A program made the translations under genes and the position numbers. The notes under the pieces are model-generated. The model made no database searches. It saw only the letters and a list, made by a program, of their open reading frames with translations, and was not told where the DNA came from. From Octopus sinensis (Eukaryota): a stretch of 64,000 nucleotides of DNA. Positions 27,288-38,056 of this stretch are shown here, in pieces (positions within the stretch are counted from its first letter, which is position 1; every line of letters starts with the position of its first letter). The DNA is taken from assembly GCF_006345805.1 (NCBI RefSeq), contig NC_043021.1:17856001-17920000 (forward strand), read 5' to 3'.

Positions 27288-28181
27288 TTTATGTAGATAT
27301 ATACATGTATACACATATATATATACACAGATATGCACCTATACATATAAACATGCATATATACATGCGTGTGTGTATATACGCAAATACTTATATATAC
27401 ACGTACCTATAAGTATTTGCACTTGATATATAAACACATTACATATCTAAATACATTATATACATATATGCACGTGTACATATATACATATGAAAAAATA
27501 TATGATATATAAACGTACATAAACACACACGCAGCTATATACATACATACATATAGACATATGTATATTATACACACACATTTTTTTTTTATCTATCTAG
27601 TTTCAGCTCACAAGCTTGTGGCCATGCTGGGGCACCGCCATTATATGTATACACGATGATTGTAGAGGAGATGGTGACGAATGAATAAAAGATAGCAAAA
27701 TAATCTGAAACTTGTTTTGAAGCCTCTATGCGCTCTCTCCATCTGCTAGAAATATCAGCTAAATCTAAATCTCTCACATAAAACGTACCCTCATGTTTCA
27801 AAAGCGGAAGACTGGGTTGGCCAATATAGTTAAGTGCTAGATACATTATGTCTAGATAAAAGATGGGAAGGTCACGATTGGAATGTCGTCGATTATAGGT
27901 TTACTTGATCAGAGCTGTGACTAAACAACATGGGCAGCAGGACAGGCATGGAAGATTTAGTGGGGAGGAACACAGCCACTTCACCAGTATCAATAGAATG
28001 AAAGGAGCATCAATTAACGATGATTATTTAGAAGTTTACTACATCAGGGATATATAATCCGACCATTCTCTGCTTCCCTTGCTGCCAGTGTGTGTGTGTG
28101 TGTGTGTGTGTTGGGTAAGAAAGACAAAGCCAAACCTCCTTTTGCAAAAAAATAAGTCCCACATACAGAAATGGCAGAAGA

Positions 28182-28212
<31 letters not shown>

Positions 28213-28279
28213 TATAATCATTAATAGCTGAAAACTTTATTATAAACTGTACGTTATGTACCGATGCACATCCGTTCAT

Positions 28280-28730
28280 TTGTCTCTTGAATCGCGGTGG
28301 CTTCCTGTTAGATCTCGCAACCGCGTCATATGCTGACGGAGCTCTTTCTGACCCGCATTATGAAATCTTTGTATCTTCCCCCAGGGCTCAATCCGCCCCG
28401 TTCCCACACACACTTTCCCCCTCTCGTACACAAACGACCTACTTATCATCACCTTCGTCAACGACACCCTTCCACTCCTTTCTACATTATGCCATCTTTT
28501 CATTCCTCCCTAACCTTCTGCATCAAATCGTTCTCCACATGCAACCTAGACATCTCGCGCCGAATTTCGCATCGTCTTCATCAAAATACCTCGAAAGCAT
28601 TCTTCAATGGGGTCATACCAATTTTCGTTTCCTTCAACAATCACCGCACGTGCCAGGAGGACACTATTGTAACGATACGCCCCTAAATGTTAAACACACA
28701 CAAATCGTACCCTTACAATCGCTTTAGATG
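28280..28730 (+). mobile_element. Possible Penelope-like retroelement remnant
   Basis: Pyrimidine-rich, coding-like sequence. The frame SILQWGHTNFRFLQQSP resembles the recalled Neptune-group motif II.RNFRHLQ.DP. The similarity is weak. Confidence 0.3.
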
Positions 28731-29399
28731 GAAGGTCTCAGTAACACAATAGATAAGCTCCTGGATAATACATCTCCTTAACACAAAGACACCATCTTAA
28801 AGACCGGTTCTCTTCATCAAAATCAGAAAACACTTTAGTCCTCAACAATGCTCAACCGGGACCCGTAATGGAGTAACCTACTCACAGGACGACGGGGGAC
28901 AATACTTTACGTAGTCTTAAGAAACATGTATGAATAAAAGAGGAAAATATCTCGGAACTTTAATGAAACGTCTATCTCCACTTGCTAGAAATATCAGACA
29001 AATCTCTCTCTCTCTTTCTCAAACTATATCCTAATGTCTTAAAAAAAAGACCGCGTTGGATAATATGGTGCTAGGTATACCATGTCTGATGAAAAGATGG
29101 GAAGATCACGACTGGAATGACTTCTAGATCAGAACTGCCTGATCTGAGCTGGAGAGAGAGGCACGACGATCACTGGAGTGATTTTAGAATAAACAAGTAG
29201 ATATATAAACAAATAGATGTAGTAGTTTATAACAGACTACTGTATATACAGCTGTGTTAATTGCGTGGATATGTTAAACGTACAGATTTAGTAGTTTTGA
29301 CATGCCATCCAGGGAGGATGGCATGTAAAAAAGGGGGGGAGCTACACTCCAGCCAGTCACCCACAGACATACAGTTTCTTCTGTCTTTTCTATCGCTGA

Positions 29400-29860
29400 T
29401 AGAGTGGTTTCTGCACCTCGGAATTTGGTTTTGTGCCACCGCCATTTACCCGTTCTCCACCCGGTACCAATTCTCTTCCCATCGCCATTCACCACGCACG
29501 CCGAAGTCTTTGCCTTAACAAGAAGGTCGGACTCTGCAGAGAATTTCCTTCTCTCTGTACTTTATTCTCCTCCAGCCGTTGAACTTAAGATTGATTGTCT
29601 TGCTAAAGCTTTTTAGTCGCCTCACCTCCGAGTGAGTCTGCTGCTGCTGCCATAGGTACGGCCCTTTTATGAAAGGAAAAAAGAATCCCTCCCTTTCCAA
29701 TTCAGAAAAATACCAAAGCATGCCGAGATAGTGATGGCGGCGGTGAAAGCCGACTAAATTCGACTCCAACAAAGAGGTATGCAACAAAGGGAGATAAGAA
29801 TGCGTAACCTCACAAAAGTCCCCCCCCCCGCTCGCCGTTTAACTACTCTGCTTCTCTTTG
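29400..29860. promoter_or_regulatory. Intronic CpG-rich promoter-like island
   Basis: High CpG density, with YY1-like motifs CCGCCATTT (29439-29447) and ATGGCGGC (29734-29741) and splice-donor consensus sites on both strands. Confidence 0.5.
29626..29653 (-). CDS. Candidate alternative first coding exon (MAAAADSLG, phase 1)
   Basis: ATG GCA GCA GCA GCA GAC TCA CTC GGA G followed by the consensus donor GTGAGG, inside the intronic CpG island. There is no homology support. Confidence 0.3.
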
Positions 29861-31225
29861 CTCTAGATTTTAACCAGATTTCTGGGCTGTTTGCACTCTA
29901 AACACTATAAGCCACAGGTACGATAAACATGCAAATTCATAACATGATCTTTCGACGGTGTATATATATCCATATCCACATGCAATCACACTTTAAAATA
30001 GAGAGAGTGAGAGAGATATATTACACAGATTATTCGATTTGACACTCTTTCCACCTTATGATGGGAAATGGTTTTTCCATTACACGAATGCCCAGCACAC
30101 ACACACACACACACACGCACGACACAGCGAATGTGCCTCTCTGCGTAATAACAACTCGACATGCCAGAAAGAGCAGTCCGTGACCGCATTAAATAATGTA
30201 ATCCGAGATACACTTTAAAATATAAAATTTTAAAAATAGTTCAAGATGGTGTAAACTACCGATCTGGGAAACTACACAACCACCACACACAATCACAACA
30301 GCCACACCACATGTACATACACATACGTATAAATGGAAAATTTGAAGATAAAAAATTTAAAACCGAGAGTAAGGGATGAAAGGTGAAGTGCAGACCGAGA
30401 TGGATCGAAAGAGATTTGAAAGTAAATAAGATAGGACGATTATTATTATATCACAAAGGTATTGACGAAGACAGCTGGGAAACTGAACAGGTTTCAACAA
30501 GCAGTGTATTCAAATAATAATAATAGTGGTGTCAGCATTGATAAACATATACAAAGACAAAAGGAGAGAGTTTATATGTAAACAGGTGTCATAAGATGAA
30601 GTTTTTTTTAAAAAACTGTGATATTGGTTCGGTCGAGTTTGGCATGGATGGAGGGGGGATAGAAACATACAAACACACATTTTCTCTCACACCCACACAC
30701 ACATATATACATATACGCACGCGCGCGCGTATTTTTAAGACTCGATCTCTCAATAACCTGCTTCGAAGGAAGAGAAACAGGAAGGTCAAAGACGAAAATA
30801 GTTGAAGGAATTTGGTACATAAAAAGCCATTTTTGATAAACTACATTGTGCGTGTGTGTGTTTATACACATATACAAAGAGGGGATTTGGGGTTACAAAC
30901 AAGTAAAAATAGAAAAACACACACACACACATGTATATATATCTTTTATCAATATTTAGCAGAAGTACCAGAGTGACTTAAGGACTGAGTGTTTCGTGCG
31001 TTGCCATTTATCCCACTATATATACATATAAAGATATATATATATACACATACATACATAAAGATATATGCATATGTATACTACATATGCATTTGTGGGC
31101 GTGGATATACTATATATCATATATACGAGAATACTTTTAAAATATATATACATACATACATATATACATACACGCACAACCACACTTGTTAATTTCACAC
31201 AGATAAGTACATATGAAATATTTTA

Positions 31226-31261
<36 letters not shown>

Positions 31262-32181
31262 CATACACACACACACACACACACACCCCACCTCATTTTT
31301 GCGATTACATATTTTCCTGGAGAGAGGAAGTTATATTAAAGAAAACGTAACTCATGTCAGAAAAGCTGTCAAAAACAGCGAAGGAGGAACAAAGGTAGCA
31401 AATACCAACGCACACACAGACACACACACACCAGGTAGTTTGTAAGTATGTATATATATATATATATATATAAGACCATAGCCGAAAGACAAACTAGACA
31501 AACATATATAATCATACATATAAAACGGACAGGATAGTACATATACAGATCGAGTTATATATATATCAGAGACAGAAGCAGTATTAATAGCAAAATTCCC
31601 ACTTAAAGTTGGATGTTCTGCTAAAACACAGAATACTGCGAGTCATCACATTATATATATACATACATATATATATACATACATACATATATATACATCA
31701 TACATACATATATATACATATATATATACATACATATATATACATATATATATACATACATATATATACATCATACATACATATATATACATCATACATA
31801 CATATAGATACATATATATATATATATAAACATCAATGTATAGACAAAGTGGTATACAATTTTTTGTAAATATATAAACAATTTAAAAATAGGATAAAAT
31901 CTTCATAAGATCTTATCAAGTAAGTTAGAGTGAAATAATGCCCTGTATATAATATAAATAAATATATAAACAGATAGACTCTGTATAAAACCATAAAGTA
32001 TTATACATACATATTTATATACAAATATATATATGGGCAGGATAGTATATATACAGACACACAGACAGAGAAATTGTTTAGACATGTGAACGCTCAAATA
32101 CATGAAACCGTACACATGTCTGTGGTGGCGGATGATAAAAACACATAAATAAGCAAATTATGTAGGTTATGGGGTACTTAC

Positions 32182-32250
32182 CAGAGCAAAAAGGTTGGTG
32201 TAGCAATCTTCAAGAGAACAGCCGTTTCCCGCAGGACTAGGGTGACTCAT
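32182..32250 (-). CDS. MED13: MED13 coding exon 1 (23 codons, MSHPSPAGNGCSLEDCYTNLFAL)
   Basis: ATG at 32250-32248 and CTG|GTAAGT donor at 32181, phase 0. The translation matches the recalled metazoan MED13 N-terminus (human [22 protein letters not shown]) and splices in frame to exon 2. It is too short to appear in the ORF track. Confidence 0.95.
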
Positions 32251-32713
32251 TGTCACTCCATCTCACAACTCCTGGTTGGCTTTCTTTCTGGCGAGAAGGG
32301 CCAGGGCAGAGCTCCTTGATTTGGAGTAAATTTAACTTTCCACGTGAAAATTGACAAAAACTGTCGGGTATTGTGTAGGGGTGCAAGAATGGAAGGAAAG
32401 GAAGGAAGAAATAAGGGGGAAGTAAAAGAGAGAGAGAGGAAACGGGTGAAATATCAACAGTAGACTACTGTACGTCGTACACCGGTGTGTAGATATGCAT
32501 GTATGTACATTTAGACATCTATATACACATACATGTAATATATAATATATACATATTACACACACTTGTAGATCTATGCATATAAAATGTTAGCTTTATA
32601 ATGGGGGGTTTTTTTCAATGACAAACGATCTCTTTTCTGCAATTTAGAGTCACAATAAATAGATACTTTACAAATATATATACATATACTATATTCTATA
32701 ACATATATCCATG

Positions 32714-32748
<35 letters not shown>

Positions 32749-33136
32749 CTGTTATTTTTTACATGTTGATCGTCTGGTTGAGAATTAGTTCGCTCTTTTA
32801 ATTGCTGTTGTAACAATCAGGTTTTTTTTTTTTTTTGACCTATTGTAGAATGGAGATTAGGGGAGGGGGGTATGAAAATTGATGTCGACCAGACACTTTC
32901 AGTACAGCTTATCATACACTATATTATTATTATTATACACACACATATTCACTCACACGTGTCTATGTGTGTCTTTATATAGTAATACATACATACATAC
33001 ATATATATATATTTATATAAATAAATCTATGTAATTATATATACACATCTATCTATATACACAAAGTGAAGAAAGGAGGATTTCATAGATTTACACACAC
33101 AGACACACAAAAGTCTAAAGTGTGATGTGTTGTGGG

Positions 33137-33177
<41 letters not shown>

Positions 33178-34483
33178 GATATATATATATATTAGTGGGT
33201 TCCTGGATGGGGGTGTTTTTAAAAGGATGAAGGGAAGGTATTTCTTTCTCCTTTGATGGTTCCTTTAAATCTGTTCTTGTTGATCTAGTAGCAATGGTGA
33301 TGCTAGTAACATCACACAAGATCGTCGAAGGTTGTCGTAGCAAGAATAGTAAGGAGAAGAACAATAATGGTAAGAATAATAATAATAATGATAATCGTGG
33401 TGTCTGGGAGTAGGCATCACTGTTTCCAAAAGTAACAACTTAAAACCACCACTTTTTCTGGGTTTTTCTTTTATAAATTTTTAAAAAGGTCTGGTCTTTG
33501 AGGAATTGAGTGTTTTTTTTTTTATATTCTTTTTCTTTCCGACCTCTGAGAGAGAAAATTTCCAAATTAATAAAGGATCCTATTTGAAAAATAAAAATAC
33601 ACAATGAATCGCCCTGAAGCAGAGATGATAAACTATGTAATTATTATATATATATAAATAAATATATATGTATATATAAATTTATATACACTTGAAGATA
33701 GAAGAGAGAGAGGGATATGAGAATTTTTTTCTTTTTTTTTTACATAAATGGATGACGACACTGATAAAAGAAAATCGTGTCGAAATATTATATTTAAATA
33801 TATATAGCTATATTTATAGGTTCATATGGCATATGTATGTATATATATATCAGATATATATATTGAAATATATAATGGATTGTTATATATATATATATAT
33901 ATGAGGTAAAATCCAGGCTAATTTCCCGTGAAAGAAATAATTATTACATAGGTTAATTTCTTTTCTTTTTCTCTCTTGGATTTTTTTTTCAAATCTGTAT
34001 TGACTGTTGTTCCTTTTTGACAATAAATATTGCTCCGTTGCTGTTTCGTTGCTTAATATTCCTCTTCTTCATCATCATCACATTGAACCGTTTGTCCCGG
34101 TACATACAGAGATATATATATTTATATATATATTATTATTATTATTATATACACATGGAAATAAATCAAATATATAATTTATAGACAGAGAGAGAGAGAG
34201 AGAATTATTTCACAACTGTATAATATATAGGACTTAGTATTTAATCTTTTTTCCTTCACAACTTTCAACACTGAAAATATCTAATATATATTTTTTTTTT
34301 TTTCTTCCTTCAATAATTTTACTTTCACCACAACAATTATTAATTATTATTATTAATTAATTAATATAAATAATATCTCAAATGTGGGATACAAGGATCT
34401 GTGGTGGCAAAATTTTTCTCCTTTCTTGACAGAACATTGTATGAGAAAAATTTCAAATAATACTCCAAAACTTCCACATATGT

Positions 34484-34518
<35 letters not shown>

Positions 34519-37500
34519 CTATATTACTGTGTATATATATTTTATATATATACACACACGTACTCACAGAGAGAAACAAATATGTGATCGAATAAATCCT
34601 TTTTATGATATGTTTAAAAGATTTTTCTTCTGGTCGCCGACATTTCTTTTGTTTAATCCTTTTTAAAGATGTCTTTGAGAGGGTGTACAAATTTATACTG
34701 GTACATATACATTTACACAAATATAATATATTGTATTACATATATTTCTGGTGTGTGTATATATTTTTCAGCTGAATAATTCACGTTTCTCTCTATTGCT
34801 ATTTCACCATCGATTCTCCTTCAGCCGGGATAAAATACCTTTAAAGTCGGACAATGTGTTCAGTTATGATATATATAAAACGTGTGTGTGTGTATATTAT
34901 ATTATATATATATATATATGTGTGTGTTTCAGTGTGTGTATGTGTATAAATATTTTGTTTTTCCTCGTTTATGTTGTGGAAGAGAAGTGTTTTAAAAGAG
35001 CTGATGGTGAAGTGATGAGTTTCATGCGGTGACGGTCAGCAATGAAGCAGACAACGACGATCGTCAGACGGTAACAACTTCCTCAAACAGAAAAAAAATT
35101 TCCAACTTCTCAGCAAACAATAGACGAGAAAATAGGGTGAAAATAAAACATTTAAATACTCCTTTGGTGTGTTCAACCAATATATATACACATATATATA
35201 TTATATATACATATATATAACGATTAATTAAATTGATGGATACCTAGATATATGTTGGTTAGAGGAAATAATACAGTATACAGTGCTAAATATATATAAA
35301 GAAATAGATCCAATTGTGGAAACCAGATGGAAAATAAATATATATTATATATCAGAGGATTATTTTAGTGGTTTTACAGTCTGGTGTGGATGAAAAACAA
35401 TTTAAATAAAACAAGTATTATAAATACAAAACACACAAATCCACTTTAATGGTGTCTGGTGAAGAAGGTCTTTTCTCTTTTTTATTTCTTTCCTCCTGTA
35501 TAATTTTCCGTTTTTTCACTTTTCTTTTTGATTGATTATTAGAGTTAAATAATCATCAAATGATTTTTATCCAATTTTCAGTTCGGTTTTCGGGTGGTTT
35601 TTAAAATATTTCTTCTTTTTAAATAATCCTCTGTTATAGTAATATCCTTCTGTATTACAATTACATAAATATATATATACGGATTAGTGTATATATATAT
35701 AAATATATATTAGATTGTGTTCTGTTATGTATAATGATTAGATATATACATGTGAATATATATATACATATATTGTAATATTATATAAAATGAAGAGTGT
35801 GTGTGTGTGTCTGTGTGTGGTGTTTTCTTCCTGCGTGGTCGACGAAGTCGTCGTCGTCTCCTCGTCTGAATGTCGTCGTCTCTAAGGTAGACACAAGAAA
35901 AGCGCCAACAAATAATGTTCCGTTTTGGGGTTGGTTTGTTGCTGTTGTTGTCGTAACTGGATGGCCTTTTTACGTACGATTGTTCCTCTTCTTGTTGAAA
36001 TCTTTATAATTTGTAGAATTTCTGTGGTTATTTCACTTTCTCCGTGTGTTATGTGTGTGTTGTTTCTTTCTTTATCTCTCTTCTGCCTGATGAAACAGGG
36101 TGCAAAGTACAAGTTAGTAGAAAGCAATAATTACTAATGACGGCCGTTGAAATACATAGAAACACTCACACACACACATTTAAACATAAAACTCACTAAA
36201 CTAAACTAGAGAGGTGTGAGAGAGAGAGAGTGTGATTAGATATAATATAGATACAGAATAGAGAGATGTTCATAAAGTGAGGGATCAACGAGAGAGTGAG
36301 ATAATAGAGACAGAGAAGTAGCAGGACGACAATATATCAAAGTCAAAAATGGTGCGAAAGGAAGGAAATAGTTGATGATATATATTATCCTTTCTAGTGG
36401 CTTCTGCCTTCGTCTCGCTTGTCTCGTCTCCCTCTCGTCGCTTTTAAAACTAAAGTAGCACTGTTGTTTCTCTCCTACGGATGAATGTGTGTATGTGAGT
36501 GAGTGAGACGAAAGAGAGAGAGAAAGAATCTAAAAGACGTACAGAGAGTAATGGGGGATGGAATGAAGTGAAAAGCTTAGCTTGAGAGGGTTGCAGGCGA
36601 CGAATACTTCTCAAGCAAGTATGAGAGGGGGGAGAGACTGAAAGAAAAGCAGAGATGATAGCAGTAATAATAAGACTAATAACAATAATAAACAATAATA
36701 ATAATGTGGTGATGTTGGTAATGGCGATGTGGTAGACGGTCGGTGCCCTCTCGTTTTCTTGCTTATTATCTCCTGGATGGTCCTCACTCATTAATTGGTT
36801 GAGAAAACCGTTTGAGGATTTGATTGAAAATGATAGATATGAATATTTTGTGAAATATTCAGAGGAATATTTTCCTCGGTTATCGTGTAATAGATTCCAA
36901 TGTTTCCTCTTCTTTCCGTCAGCGTGGTTATGGTGAGGTGGTATGGCGTGTATTGTCTGTGTGTCGGTGTGTGCATGAGTGAGAGAGAAGGGGGACATGG
37001 ATAGAGAGAAAGTGTACCAGAGAGAGAGAGAGAGAGAGATTGACTGTCGGTTCTTAAGTTGCTATTTCAAAGGAAGAGAAAGGAAACACAATCCAGACAC
37101 ACGGAAACAAAGAGAGAGAGAGAGAGAAACCTCAATTTCTTATTGTTCGGTTGGTTAATCGTTTGATTCCGTTTATCTGCATATATATATATATATATGC
37201 ATATATATATACAGCTTTTTTTTTACATAGTAAGTTAATAAATAAATGGTGAGGGTCTTCTAGATTCAACCAATTCCTGCCAGAAGACACGATGCCCCTT
37301 TTTCTCCCTCGATCTTTTCAAGCTTCGTCGTCGCCGTAATAATGACAAGTCGATAAAACAAACAATAAAAGGGATTTTTCGTCCGTTTAGAGACGAATCA
37401 ATGTCTTTATTTTCATAAACAAAAAATAATCTTTAGAGAGAGAGAGAGACAGAGAGAGAAAGGCGGTGTGTAAATATGTATATATATATTTATTTGTACA

Positions 37501-38020
37501 GTGTCGATATATATATATATTTAGTGACTTCCACTGTTTCTAATCGTCGATGTGATGTGACGAGAGAGATAATATATTGGCTGATTAACAACTGTCTGTT
37601 ACTTCTCACTTCTACAACGACTTCAGTAATAATTATTATTATTATTATTATTCTTTCTATGCAATATTTGTCAAGTTAACAATTGCAGTTAACGTACGTC
37701 TCCACCCCGACACACTAACAGCAAAATATTATCTTTCATTAAGGAGTCATCTCTCTCGTCGTTTCACAGTTGGTGATGATCGGCCGGTGGTGGAGCGGGA
37801 GGGAGGGAGGATTGCTTTCACTTCGGTACTGTCACCTTTTCTTTTTCCTTCTCTTTCTCATGCACAAGCATACACACACAAAAGACTATTACGAGGGGAA
37901 AAGGAAAAATTATTTCTATTTTTATTTAATTCGGGTTTTTACGCTTGCATTAATAATAATAATATGATTATTTTATCATTATATTGTTACTCCTTTAATG
38001 TCGCTTCTCCTCTCTTTCTT

Positions 38021-38056
<36 letters not shown>

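Larger units (their letters stand above)
5271..32181 (-). other. MED13: MED13 intron between coding exons 1 and 2 (26,911 bp)
   Basis: GT...AG boundaries joining the two exons above in frame. It is filled with repeats and contains a 100-N gap, so the true length is uncertain. Confidence 0.88.

Noticed and set aside
36450-36998. 182-aa minus-strand ORF
   Set aside because: It is low-complexity (AAT, GA and CA repeats) and lies upstream of the conserved MED13 start, so it is more likely UTR or intron.
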